DNA of 64,000 nucleotides from Styela clava (taxonomy: Eukaryota): NCBI RefSeq assembly GCF_964204865.1, contig NC_135258.1, positions 9,052,001-9,116,000 of the forward strand, in the 5' to 3' direction. The translations under genes and the position numbers were made by a program. The notes under the pieces were generated by a model. It worked only from the letters and a program-made list of their open reading frames with translations, was not told the DNA's origin and did not search any database. Shown here in pieces: positions 1 to 13,755 of this stretch; within the stretch, counting starts at the first letter, position 1; each line of letters opens with the position of its first letter.

Positions 1-12
1 AGTTGATTTTAC

Positions 13-1926
13 CAAACATAAGGTTGGTGCCTGATATCTGTAAGTCATACTATCTGTTTCTCATCTTTTTATTTTGAGATTTATTTAATAATTGATATAA
101 ATATACAGAGGAAAACATCTCTCAGCGATTGGCCAGCTTGTTAACTATATTACACACTCATTTCACTTATATTAAATGCTTACTACATGGTTTAATTTTG
201 ATCATAGCATTACCTTCTCCGTCAGGTTTTTCGCAATTTCCTTGAGAAACAAAATGTCCGTTTATGATTCTGGTAATACACGGACCTGAATCCCCTCTAA
301 AGATAGACATCAGTTAATTTTATGGAATACATAATATTTCCATACTTGAAAATGCGGATCTGTCGCAATATTATCTAATTCAGGGGTCACCAAACTACGG
401 CCCGCGGGCAGGATCCGGCACGTGGCGTCTTTCATACGGCCCGCGATAACACAAAAAATGGCGATTTTTTTTCCAATGAATTAGGCCGCGAGACGAGGCC
501 GTTTATATTTCAGTTTCGTACCGCACATTAAGAACTACTTGGGAATGATTTTAAAATGTTCCTCAGAAATTAAATAACAAATAATACCTTGTTTCCATTC
601 CCAAAAGTTGCACGTTTTACGAAAAAGACTCTTTTACTACAAAAAATAAGTGCTATACCCTCGGTCTCAAATTCTCTGCCATTTCGGCGACATTGGCCAA
701 TGAACGCAGACTTCTACGTGACCTAACAATTAAAATGTTATCAGCTGTAGGCGGGCGGATGAATCTAACTTTGTACTTCTTTCTCTTGCGTTGAGTTGGG
801 TAGCCTTTTCATTTTTTTTTTTAAGTTATTACTACTTAAGTTATGACGGTGACGGTGTTCAAAGGCATAAAAGCTATTTTTTGAAGATTTGTAGAACCTT
901 ACCATAGTTACCAAAAGTTGAGCATTAACTGATATAACGTTGTTAAATAGGTACCGTTAACATTAAGGAAGGCTAGACCTCATCGGTATTCTCGTGCTAA
1001 AATGAACGTCGAACGCATTTTACAGGTCACGTTAACTTTTGTACTGCTTTCATTCAATTCTTGTGCTAACAGCTAACCTCAGGATAGCTGTCTATAAATC
1101 ATGCATATTTGTTCTGCAATGATGTTCTTGATCTATATTCTGCGATATAGAATTTAATATTCAAGCCTTCAGAAATGTAGAATTCATATTGTTGAAGAAA
1201 ATGAATGCATTTCCCAACTTTAGGGAATTTATTGTATCGCATTGACAAAAATAGGTGCTCCCGAAGTATGCGAACCAAGATGGCGGACATCGGAATATGC
1301 GAACCAAGATGGCGGACATCGGAACGTAACATGGGTAACAGGTTAGGGTTAGGCGATAATTTTTTTCCAATTTTCCTTATTTTAGTCCTATTATCAGTTC
1401 GAAGACTAGCCAAGAGCCTCCCGTAGTATTTATACCTAAAATCATGGCCTAACCCTAACCTAGTACACATATTACATTCCAATGTCCGCCATCTTGGTTC
1501 GCATATTCCGATGCCCGCCATCTTGGTTCGCATACTTCGGGAGCCCCCAAAAATATTTGTCCGGCCCGTTTCAACACAGTTTGAGTCAAACCTGGCTCGC
1601 GGTCAAATAAGTATTATGACTCCTGATCTGATTGATTGATTTTGTATAGTCGCCGATAATATAAATGCAATATTACATTTTCAAATACCATCTGTCTATA
1701 AAATAATTGTATTGATACATTTACAAGAACACCTTGCCCTGTACTGCTATTAATTGGTCAAAAAAAAAAAACTGTGTTTAAATACAATGAAGTCTGTCTA
1801 TAATAATAATGAATTCATGTTAAACGGGTGATAGTGTTTCAATAGTTACTATAATACCTTAGCTTGTATTGACATTATTAGGCCACAAGCAAATCCAATA
1901 ATGCTGATTATCATGTAGAATTTCAT
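13..1926 (-). CDS. Candidate secreted protein, 5' part only (exons 1926-1858, 1695-1689, 285-214, 37-13); runs off the window
   Basis: ATG exon encodes signal-peptide-like MKFYMIISIIGFACGLIMSIQAK|gtatta. Phase-compatible GT-AG exons follow: 7 nt (ttatttttatag|ACAGATG|gtattt), 72 nt (GPCITRIINGHFVSQGNCEKPDGE) and 25 nt. No homology recognised. Confidence 0.4.
381..1625. mobile_element. Non-autonomous hAT (Charlie/Buster-like) DNA transposon
   Basis: Termini CAGGGGTCA...TGACTCCTG, subterminal GGCCCGCG motifs, 8-bp TSD atctaatt/atctgatt. Confidence 0.8.
1254..1547. mobile_element. GG-terminal MITE nested in the hAT element
   Basis: Long TIRs with tandem (TATGCGAACCAAGATGGCGGACATCGGAA) units, perfect 8-bp TSD caaaaata, internal GGTTAGGGTTAGG and CCTAACCCTAACC. 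Confidence 0.9.
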
Positions 1927-4354
1927 CGTCTCTGTGGCCTGGTCGTCAAACACTGACTTCAATTCTAACTGTTTAGTACAGTAATAATTTTACAGTGCAA
2001 AGAAGTACAGCAAAAACGACGAAAAATTTTGAAATTGCTAGAAATTCGAGTTAACATAATCAATAGATATGTTAATGCACCGCCACTTTTTTTTTTAAAT
2101 ATTTGCTACGAACGCTCAAACTTCATCATAATTCCTATATTGAAATGAGCAATAGCCTTTTCAGAAAATGCTCACTGCCGTGTTACAGCCCGTTAAAGTT
2201 ATTATAAAACTTCCAACATAATGGGATGCGATTAAAAATTGATAACAATGACTCAGTGCTTCCGATCGTTCACTAGAATCAGGGTATTTATGAAAATTTA
2301 GTAATACCACGCTCAACTACTGCTGAAATAACGTCACACAATTTTAGACGGAACTCACATTGTTATATCAATGATGAATGATGCAGAGTGGAACTGACTT
2401 TTATTCCAGTCCACGGTGGATACTGTTAAAAAGTACAGCCTATGCATTCTTCGAAAAGAATTTTCTGGTGTCATCTTTATAAAAGTGACAATTCGAATGA
2501 TAATCTATATGTCAATATAAAGTGATAAAATGGCAGTTATTTTAGTGTAAAATATCTGTTATTTCAGTCGAAATTTTTGTCTCGAAGAATGCTGATTTAT
2601 TTTGCAGACTTGTAGTCACAATTCATATTCTTGCTTGCGAACTTAGTAATAATAATAAATGACATTTATAATGAATATTAATTATAAAAAACATATCACC
2701 TTAGGGAAGATGGTATAATATAGGATTTCTGACACACACGTATGTCAAGTTGAAGGAGGTATGAGTACTCCAATACTCGCATTAATACACATTTATTCAG
2801 ATACCTGTCGCGGCGCCATTAGGACAAAATTTATGGTAGTACAGCGATGGTGTGGCGATACGTCAAATTAATCTGTCTTGGGTATAAGTTCCTATGAAAC
2901 ATATTCATATCTGGGTATTGTTGGAAGAAAAAGAAAATTAGAGGAAGCCTTGAGTTAGACTTTATTAGAGAATCGATTAACGTGATGTGTGGCGTTGCAG
3001 AGAATCCAACATTATTTCCACGTCAGCGCTGTTAATAATGTGATTCAATTTGAAAAATATTCCTTTACTGGTCCAGACATTGCAGCAAAGAAACATACGC
3101 TAGCAGATGGCGTTTCAGGAAAAAGGACTTTCACAGTGAGAGTGACGCGAGTTTGGGAGTGAACGAGTGTGAAACTTTTTATATCACACAAAAAAATCTC
3201 AAAAATAAAAATTTGCTAATATAAAAAATAATATAAAATTTATATAAATTTATTTTTTGCGATCTATCAATATAAACGTATAATTGGCTAAATACGCCAA
3301 AAAATTATGCTACTGTTTAACAAGAGATGGATGCTCAAATATATCGACAGGAAAGCCAAAACGAGGTAGTACAGGTTTGCAATTTGTCACGAGAGACTAC
3401 TGGTGCCGCGGTTTTTAATTCACGATTTCAACCGCTATAATGTGCACAATTTTTAATTTAGATAACGTAATGGCACACAAACAAACAAATTCCGGAGCCC
3501 AGAAATTTTTTGAAATAAATGAAAGTAATAGCCTTTTAGCGAAAAATACAATCTTTGACCATTGAGAATTTTAAAGCAATTGGACCAGTATAGTTTAAAG
3601 TCGTGTTTTAGTTGTTAGAGATAAAAGAGATATGAGTGAGTTTGTGCAAACAGATTAGGAGAGTTCTATGTCATTGGAGTTAACATGCTATCTTGCCTGC
3701 ATGTTAATCTAGGTCAATTGATATTAGGGCATCGAGTACAGATTGTTTGGTAAACGTCAATGACACTGAATGGACAAAAAGACTGGAAAAGTTTGCAGGT
3801 CAATGTAGATTGATCAAAGATTGTCAGTCGTGAAAGCTAGCAAAGCGACCGAGAGGTAGCCAGTAGTATTGACTGTTTGGCAAGAAAGCTAAATCGTGGT
3901 TTTGTATTTCGACCCTTATATACTGTGAACAATCGAAATATTTGACATGACAATGACATTTTTGATAATCGAATGCAAAAAATACGAGATGTATAAAGCT
4001 GTAAAATTTACAAACTTGCGTTTTTTACCTCTCAAAATCCCGTGTTAAAGTGCTTAATACGGTTTTAAACTTAAGATTATTGTAAACAAACAAAAAACGC
4101 TTATTACAAGTGAAGAAAAACAATTACATTTTATGTACATTTTTAGGTAAATCGAACAATTACTAATTCTGAAATGGCTTTGTTTGATAGGGTCTACGAA
4201 TGCATTTTTATCAGGTTTGTCACATATTTTATAGTTGGCTTTCTTTACGTGGATTTGTTTTATTAAAATTGTGATTGATTTCACGAGCAGCTGTTTTTAA
4301 GCACTGCGGTTTCCTGTTGTTTATGTGTTGTTCATGTTATTGTTTACAATCGCC

Positions 4355-5766
4355 ATGGCGGATTTTGATACTCAGGACATACTAGCAGTTGTAAGGGAAA
4401 GCGACCGAAAGGGTGAAAACGATGACGCATTTTTCTTGCACGTCGCAACACCTGGAAAGCCACCATCTGCATTGCATAGGAAAGTGATAGTTCCCTTCCT
4501 GAAGGATCATGGCTGGAGAAAAGTCAGCTATCAGAAAACTGGATTCAGGTATGTATTACTCACTTGCAAATTGATGCAAGTTTACGGGCTGTTTCAGTCA
4601 CATTGATGTATATAGCTGTGGGAAAAGCAGGCTTTTTAAATTGTGCTGGAACAGCATCCTGTTGTTTCCACCATTCACTAAGTTCTAATCTGTTTTCTTC
4701 AAATTCTAGTTAGCAAATTAGGTGAATGCCCCGCCTTTAACTAACATGACATAACCTGATTCAAAAAATACGCCGATACAAAGAAACTACCTCAGGGCAT
4801 TAGTGGCAGGATATTAATAGATGCAGCCATGGTTTCACGACTGAATTTGACATTTTAACAACATCAATAATATTTTAATGCAACAGAAAATTTCATTTTA
4901 TCCGGGGTCGGTCATGTTACCTGATTGGGACTACGTCTGGAATTGAACCTCCGATTTGAATCGTATTTACAAATAGAAAGGGCCATTCCGAGCACATGTT
5001 GAATTTCATCAATTTTTTTGAAAGTATAGTGAAAGTAATTTTTTTTGTATTTTTTTATATCAAAAGACATTGGAATTTTATTGGATTGCATTCATTTCAA
5101 CGAAAAAGTTTTTGATGGTTTATACAAAATGACCTGAAATGTCGAAATTTTGGTATAATTGACATATTTTGTGATGATTCGTGACACAAAGTGTTTGATT
5201 ATGCAAAACAGTTATTTGGTATGAAATAGACGCACTGGGCTTTGTACCCATGTGTTTTTGCGTTGACCGTTCAGTAAATTAGATCTTTGGGTCCCAAATT
5301 CCCAATAGCAGTAAACAGCAGATTTGCTCGATAATACATTTTTTCTAATGGTTTTGTGGCACACAACTTCTCTTCAAAAGGCAAGCAAACTGCGGATACC
5401 TTAATCCTCCACATCCAAACTTTACTGGGCAGTATTTTTAGTAATAAATAATGAACGAATACGTTACGCCATTATTTTATTGTTAACCATTTTAGAGCTC
5501 TTTATTTTCTGCGAAAAGAAAGCGACGAGACAACATACAACAACGGTCGTCAAAACCTGAAACAATTGAATATACACAAATCCAGTCCTTCGAATGCAAC
5601 ACAGCTGCTGGCAATGAATCATCGTTCGGAATTGAAACGTAGAATCGAGGATTACAAACGTCAACATAATTTAAGCTTCCATATTCATCTTATTCTTTCT
5701 CGACCTCTTGATTATGAAGAAGATTTTGCTGAAATTGCAAACAAACACGAAAATAATGGAGTTTAG
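4355..5766 (+). CDS. Two-exon hypothetical protein, 154 aa (exons 4355-4548, 5496-5766)
   Basis: gccATGg start context. Donor ag|gtatgt and acceptor ccattttag| join the ORFs at 4325 and 5566 in frame with no stops (MADFDTQDIL...KTGFR/ALYFLRKE...HENNGV*). Confidence 0.7.
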
Positions 5767-6534
5767 ATCTAATAGTTTGTTTGTGGGTGGTTTTGTCGAT
5801 GATATATGGTATGGAGACAATGAATAAATGTCCCTATTGTACACGAACGGTGTTTCATCAATATATGAAAATCGGGAGAACTGTGAACCTATTTTCTTCC
5901 GTACAAGGTTAAAGATCAAATAAAGTAAGGCTTATGGGCGTATTTCGATTTTTTTTTCGGTTCAGAATAGGCATAAAGTTATAAATTGAATAAACAAAAT
6001 TTATCAAGTAATGCCATATTGTTGGAGACGCCCAAACAGAAATTGCTCAAATTGAGTAGATTGACTGTTTAATACTCCAAGACACGGTTTAGTAAATATA
6101 TCAGAATGAGCTTAGAATATTTATTGACATAGAAATTTTGCTTCTTTTCAACCCAACAGTCACGGAAGGGTGTGTTTATAAACGGACTACAAGATCCGCA
6201 TTTTATGCAGTTTTGTCGATTAACGAAATCGCAAATATCTCTCAATATCGATGTTGATTTGTGGTTAATCAACTCATCTAAACAAAATTCTCGATAGCGT
6301 TTGAAATGGTAAATAAACGATGATGTACCACGCCGGCGAACGTAATACTGAAAAATTCGGAAATTTACTAGCTCACTGCATAAGTTACTTGAAATACCCC
6401 TTGTTGTTGCCGAGGTATAAATGTTGTCAGGTAGTTATTGAACGGTTCAGTTTTCCAAAAAATTTACTCTAGATTGCGGCTCTCAAAGTTAATTCAACTC
6501 GTATTCATTCATTTCACTGCTGTTTATGAAATAT

Positions 6535-6671
6535 ACCTGGTGTGGCTCGGGAGTGCAATGACTCGACTCGGCTTAGGACTCAGACTTTTAAATTTGCTAG
6601 GAATCGTACTTGACTCATACTCAAATCATCCGTGACTGGCGACTCGACGCTTAGAAATAATACCTAACACT
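6535..6671. repeat. Degenerate GACTC-rich repeat, probably a DNA-transposon remnant
   Basis: Several GACTC(G) units, ending in aacactg; no clear TSD. Confidence 0.3.
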
Positions 6672-7251
6672 GCCTTTGATAAGACCAACCAAAATAGAAA
6701 ATAGTGCAATATTTGTCTTTTACCTTGTGCTGCTGGGCATGTGTATATGTGCATTACACAAAAGTCGACATAATTTCTATTACTTTGCAATGCATTTGTT
6801 TGATTAGTCATCAAGTCATGAGATCGTATGTTTGCTAAATAGTTCATCAAACCCAAGTAAACGCAGATAGTTATTTCGCTTCTCGGATAGGCCATTTAAA
6901 TTAAATGTAGAAACTCGCTGTTCGGAGGTTAAAGGTACGTTTATTTGTAATCTCTTTGCGCCTATTTTCCAGGGCCAAAATTTATCGAAATATTTCAGTA
7001 TTTGGCAAAGTTTGATTTTACATCAGTTAACTGATTAGCAATCCTTGAAATTCGACCCGGTAACTCGTTTATTAGGTAGCGGACTTTTTGTTGATAAGAA
7101 TTGGAAATTCAACAGTCCAAGACTTTAATTTTACGTTGAAATCTCAGGCAAAATCAAACAAGATTTATTGAATCAGACAGAATTGAAGAAAATCAAAGGT
7201 ATTGTAGCAAAATTGAAAACACGCTACAATCGAAGTCAATATAGCTATAGG

Positions 7252-10200
7252 ATGATGGATGAATCAACAGATTCGTCAGAAAGCGGTTCAACGTTTACAC
7301 TATCATCGTCCATTATATCGGTATGAAATTTTATACTGACATATTGTAAAAATAGATCAATTCATAGATATAAAAAATTAATGAATAGATAAACTAGTGA
7401 ATGATATATATATATATATAATTCTAGTAATTACTAGAACCTTCAGAGAAAATACTTTTTGGCTCAGCAACACTGATTAAAATTAAAACCACATTCAATC
7501 ACGATCTGAAAGTTAACTTTGTGACCAAATAAAACAAATAAACCAAGTAGAAAAAAATCAATATCGTTAGTCCGATTGAAAAAATTTCAAAATAATATTT
7601 ATTCCAACAAGTTAGTTTAGACTACTAGACTGTACCCAGTTATAATATAGGTCATGACAATTATGTGTTGTTACAGAATGAAGATGAGAAAAAGAAATTT
7701 GGCGTAACGACAGCTGCATTGTTTATTGTTGGAACAATGTGTGGAACTGGAGTTCTGACTATTCCACAAGCCATAGTGAATAGCGGATACATTGGTGAGA
7801 AGTATTCAGTGTTCGTTCAAAAAGTGTTACATAGGTCGTTTTGATCATTATCCCGGGCGGCCAGGTCATCTTCAAAATTCCTCTAAACTACTTTCCACGA
7901 GAGAAGCACTTCTGTTTCGAGTAATACCATTGAAGCGCCGAATACATCGCCCATCTGGTGGTCTGATGGCTATTTAATACAATCTCTATTAACTATCCAT
8001 TTTCCAGTAAGTGATGTTAGTTGGATAAATGATATGAGAATGCACGTACGCGTGCCGTGGGGCACACAATTTAATACCACATCACATACTTTCAACAAAT
8101 TTCAAACTAGCAACAGTGGCAATGCTTGTGATGCTATACACTTACAGAATCACAGAATAGAAGATATAGTAAATTTTATATTACTAAACATACAGTATCA
8201 TAATATTTCACAGGACCTGCCCTTATCATTGTGTGCGGCACAGTGGCTTCATACACAGGAACTCTTCTCAGTGAATGTTGGACCATACTACGAGCTCGAT
8301 ATCCAGAATATGAAAGCGAAAGAATCCCCGACCCATATCCAACCATAGCTCACAGAGCTGGAGGACGATTTGCTGAAGTTGGTACCAGGATCTGTATCGA
8401 TTTTACCATGTTTGGAACAGGTATTTGGCATGTCAAAATAATTCTTTAACAAGCTGTAGGAGAGAACTAGATTGGGAGGAATCAAATTTAGAATGGACTG
8501 GCCAGGGTTTGAGATCTCTATCTTAAAATAGTTACCTTGGGGTCATGCTAAGACTAACTAGCTAACATGTAAATACATTTTTGAAGCGAACCGATTCAAC
8601 CTCAAGGAGTGATCCAATTAAATTCTTGTTATTATGAGGCTTAAATCGAGGAAGCGCAAAATATACAGCATTTATATTTTAGAATAAATAACCGGATAAT
8701 TGCTTAGATTTCACATTACCTGCATGGTTGATGATTGAACTGTTTTTGTTTCCCATTTTCAGAAGTAGTACTCCTTCTTCTGATATCAGGCAATATATCC
8801 AATTTAATTACCAACCTGGGACATGATAGTTTTCCTCTTTGTTATATTGTGATGATCACCACAGGATGTCTGATACCCCTTTCGTGGTTGGGCACACCAA
8901 AGGATTTTTGGCAAGCCGGAATTATTGCCGCGTGCACAAGTATCGGGGCTGCCTTCTTTGTATTCGGTAGTATGATTAAAGTAAGTGACAAAAATTCATA
9001 CTTTCTGGAATGCACACATGACATAATCCATTTATTTCTTTTATTTATTTGTCGTTAATTAACAGGCAACTTCAAATCATCCTCAACCTGAACGTGCAGA
9101 ACCTGAATGGTCAATATTTCTCAGTTCTTTAGGGACAATACTTTTTGCATTCGGAGGTGCTGGTTGCTTTCCAACAATTCAACTTGATATGAAACATCCT
9201 AATAAGTTTTCAACATCTGTGGTAATGGGAATTTCAAGTGAGAATATGTCTTTCTCGTTGAATAAAACTTTGTCAAAGTCGATCGCAAGTATTCCATGGA
9301 ACAACAAATTGAAACTAGAAATAAATTTTGAGACTTGCAAAGAAGATCAGATGAGTTTCTCGATCAGAATTATGCCTACTCATATGCTAGCGCTGCGAAC
9401 CAAAATGTAGCGTTTTTTTAGACGAGCATGCAATAATTCATGATTTGATGACAAAGATTAACAAGTACAATGTTATAAAGTACATAAAATATCAATTTCA
9501 ATTGAAATTATCACAACCAAGTTTTCAAAATCAATTTTAGACTTCAAACGTGGAACATATATATATAACTGGAATATTATATTCAGATAACTCTAACATG
9601 ATACATGGTACATGGCGGCACAATCATCTGGGAAAGTTTAAAAACATAATTAAAACTACTCAGATATACAATATTGTAAATTTGTTGATCAATTATCGAG
9701 TGAAAATCAAAATAATATATTTTTCAGCTGTTATCTCGGTGTATCTTCTTGTCGGAGTCACAGGGCTCGTCGTTCTCGGTGACAACATGAAACCAAATGT
9801 TCTCGATGCTCTTCCTGCCGGGTGGATGTCATACACGGTTAATATTTTAGTGACGTCGCATTTTCTCATGGCTTATCTCATCTTCAACAATCCTGTCAGT
9901 CAAGATATCGAAGGAATCCTCGGGATACCCAACAGTAGGTTTTCTTATTGTTATTTTACATATTAAACAAGTTAGCTTGAGGTAGTCCAGATACAAATAC
10001 CAACCGATATGTCATGAATAAATGGGAAAAAACATTTACTAATCGCGAGAAATGTTGTTACTGAGCTAATTTGTCTGCAATATATTAGTGAGTTCTAATC
10101 AAATAATCGCCACAAATTAGTTACCGGTCGACAACTCAAAGAACGAAACGAATTCTAGTTAAGTTTGAGTTTTATTACTTCACAAATATTTGAGACAATG

Positions 10201-10724
10201 CACTTTTCATTTATTATGCGAGTATCAAAGCTTACAGAACTCGCTTTTAAGTTATTTATTTGTTTACAGAATTTTGTCTCAGAAGAATCTTGTTTCGGAC
10301 AACTTTCGCCGGTGCCGTCTTGTTTGTGGCGTTGTCAGTTCCTCACTTCGACATAATACTTTCATTATTGGGTGGGACTACAATCGTTTTAATTTGTTTC
10401 ATTTTCCCACCGGTATACTATTTGTTGTTATCGAGACAGCGAATTCCTTCCGATGCACACGGTCCCCTACCCTGCCATCTAACACGAGGGAAAGAGTCAG
10501 AAACAAATTCAAACTCTTTAGTTACTCGGTCAGATGATAATACAAAGCATACTGGTTGGATTCAAGTTGATGTTGAATTACACACTAAAGTTATTTTAAT
10601 GGAAATCATAATATTTAGTTTTGTCGGAGGTGCATGTTCAACCTATTTTTCAATTGCCTCCCTTGTTAATGGACAGTCAGGATTTACTGCACCGTGTTAT
10701 ATTAATATTAGTGTTGGACTTTAA
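7252..10724 (+). CDS. Amino-acid transporter T1 (Aa_trans, SLC32/36/38 clan), 481 aa; exons 7252-7320, 7677-7794, 8214-8420, 8763-8980, 9066-9237, 9728-9934, 10270-10724
   Basis: GT-AG introns, frame continuous. Motifs: GTMCGTGVLTIP (TM1), DPYPTIA, PLSWLGTPKDFW, FAFGGAGCFPTIQ (TM6), GGTTIVLICFIFPP (TM10). Confidence 0.92.
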
Positions 10725-10761
10725 ATAAATACTATTTTGCACTTCATAGCCAAAAACAAAG

Positions 10762-11268
10762 TTTTCCATTATTTCTTAATCACTTTATTGACATTCTTCT
10801 TACTGATATTGATCAACAATCGTATGGAACAACGCCAAATGAAACAATACATCTGTGAAAATTATCTTGACGTTTACGAGATAATGAACATAAATGCAAG
10901 GAAATGTGTAAACACATTTCCAATACAGACAACTTGCGTGTTCAGGGATGCTATAAAAAATCAGGATGATTTTCGATGTGTTTTTCTAAAACTTCGGTAG
11001 GCGAATATTTATTTCTTTATTTTCCATTATTTCTTAATCACTTTATTGCCATTCTTCTTACTGATATTGATCAACAATCGTATGGAACAACGCCAAATGA
11101 AACAATACATCTGTGAAAATTATCTTGACGTTTACGAGATAATGATCATAAATGCAAGGAAATGTATAAACACATTTCCAATACAGACAACTTGCGTGTT
11201 CAGGGATGCTATAAAAAATCAGGATGATTTTCGATGTGTTTTTCTAAAACTTCGGTAGGCGAATATTT
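10762..11268 (+). repeat. Recent tandem duplication, two ~250-bp units (period 258)
   Basis: 10762-11010 and 11020-11268 are near-identical. Confidence 0.9.
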
Positions 11269-11659
11269 CAAAATATTGACTGGTACATCTACGTTCAGGT
11301 ATTTTACCTCGAAAATTGTACACAAACATAAAACGCTTATTACAAGCAAAGATAAACGTTTACAGTTTATATATATATACATTTCTAGTAAATCAAACAA
11401 TCACTATTTTTGAAATGCTTATTGTGTGATGTGGGGACTGTAAATGCATTTTTATAAGGTTTGTCAGATATACTATAGTTGCATTTCCTCATATTAAGTT
11501 TTTTTTTAGAAAAATGTATGTACATATAAGTGTACTGGATGATAATGGAATGAATGTAAATTTTGCGCACTAGCTTTTGATACCCAAGGTATATTGATAT
11601 TCCGCTACACCCAGATAGCCGTGAAAAGTCTACAATTATTACACGATTCAACAAGGTCA

Positions 11660-11930
11660 AATGGAATGTCGTGCCTTTTGGCCTAATGAATTTCCAAGCT
11701 ACCTTGCAGAGGCTAATTGATGACTTTACAAGAAACCCGACTAAGTATTTGCATATGTCAATGACATGCTTGTTGATAGCAAAACTGAGGCCAAAATTAT
11801 TTGAATCTTTGAATGAGTATTAGTCAGTAGCAGACTCTATTCGGAGTCGATACCTTCATATTTTTAGGTTTCTTAGTTAATAGAAATGGTATTAAACCTA
11901 TGGAGTCCAAAGTTGAAGCTTTTCGAGAAT
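11660..11930 (+). mobile_element. Decayed Ty3/Gypsy reverse-transcriptase fragment
   Basis: With frameshifts it translates to WNVVPFGLMNFQATLQRLID...AYVNDMLV (mutated YxDD)...FLGFLVNRNGIKPMESKVEA. Confidence 0.8.
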
Positions 11931-13755
11931 TAATCTTTATGGCCAATTGATTGTTCTACGAAGGTGAATATTTGATTTCATAATTTGCGCTATTCATAAT
12001 ATGTAAAAACTGACTGATACAAGCCATTTCGATTAGATAGATTTCATTAACACTGAAATAGGGTTAAACTGGCTATTTTTATACTCTTTTGTCAGTAATG
12101 TGACTTTTAAAAGAGGATTCAAATGAATCACACTTTTGAACACTTATAGTATCGTTTATATACCACGGTACGTAAATTAGCTCGCCAATATATTCGTTGA
12201 ACACGTGCATATAATAACTATTTTTTGTGCTAAACAAATTTTTTACTTTTCAAAACCTAAAGATAGCATACTAGACTCATCGCAACAAGCGAATACTAAA
12301 AGCGCTTTTTTATACTTATATTTACCCGACGAGGGATTTTCAAAAATTGCCAACACGACCAATCGCAACATCGCGATAACATGAGAGATTAGTGTAACTC
12401 GGTGTAACGAAGCATATTGGATTCAAATATTAGTTTTAAAAGTCGAAATCAAATTTAAATAGTAATTTCTTTTCTAATCATATTCTTTTCTAATCTGAAA
12501 CTTTAACTTCATCCTATTTCCTTCTTATTTTTTAAATCTCCTCGTCCCATAATGTGTATTTTAATTTGTGGTTTGTGTCATTTTACTATTTTTCAATTTT
12601 TTTTAACTTCATGTATGTGAGGCGACAAATATGTTCAAAACCCCGATCCGATCAAAATCGGCGTAGATATTTAGGGATAAATTAGTTATTTTACCTAATA
12701 TTTATAAAAGTTTATAAAAGGACTAACATTTACTAATTAGAAATTCTTCGAATTGGAATTTAGATCGGCGAAAAACCCTTCTAAATTTGGAAGCAAATGT
12801 CAACCAAAAATATTAGATTGATAATGTACAACACATGTTGATTACTAATCAATAATGGAAAAGGTAGTTCACGAAAGGAGTATCGATTGCTCAATTATTA
12901 CATAATATATTATAACGCATATTATACACGAATATTCTCCGAAGACATATTGATCGCAGCACTAACGTATATAATCAGCTTTGATTTCGTGTCGTCTCGG
13001 TAAGACTCGTCTGGATCGTTGTCGTCTCGCCTCTAACTAACAAATACCTAAATACTAACTAATAATAATAAAAATATAAATATGTCCTATAGTAGGTGTT
13101 TTTGCTCGGTATTTTGACAATAAATTATTTCTCACCTTGTACACGAAGGCTGTATCGTTAATGTATGAAAATCGGAACTAAATGGAATGGCTGGTCAACA
13201 TTGCAAAACAATAACGGGTAAACCTGTCAAATAAACGGAGTTCGATCTGATTACTGCAATCTATTTGTTTGACAAACCATTCGTGCAAGTGTGTTTAAAT
13301 TAAAACCCCGTCATATCGCAAGCAAACCCAGTTATGGTCATAGAGTTTTGACATAGTTTCTTCCAAATTAAACAAACTCAGTCATTTGCTATAGTTCACC
13401 AGGTAATCATCCAGTTGTAGCTCGGTGAAGTAATTACTAAATAATACTGGCATATTGAGCAAAAGTTGTTAGGTCATACTGGTGAAAATGATTTTTACCT
13501 TTTAAGAAGAAACAATATTATCAAGACTTCTGTCTGATTTTATGTGGAGGTATGTTGGATAGCTTAAAATATTTGAAACACGTAAGAGTAGGAAAGGCTG
13601 AGTGTGGTGCAAAAACGAAGAGAAAATACTAGGAATTATTTTTAAATTAATATCTGAGAATTCATACAATTATTGAATTCTTAGGATTCAAGATATGCTG
13701 TTGTCATAGGTTAAAGTATTGTTATCATGTTCTGGAAGCCTAAAGAATAATTGGA

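Noticed and set aside
1099-1533. ORFs of 144 and 73 aa with repeated MRTKMA
   Set aside because: They are read-through of MITE inverted repeats; the same applies to ORFs over family A and B copies.
3320-3620. Possible interspersed repeat starting AACAAGAG
   Set aside because: Single copy in the window, with no TIR or TSD to support it.
4900-4990. B-box-like GGTTCAATTCC on the minus strand (tRNA or SINE?)
   Set aside because: No cloverleaf, convincing A-box or second copy.
10737-11258. Two near-identical 87- and 70-aa ORFs
   Set aside because: By-products of the tandem duplication, with TTG starts and no coding signature.
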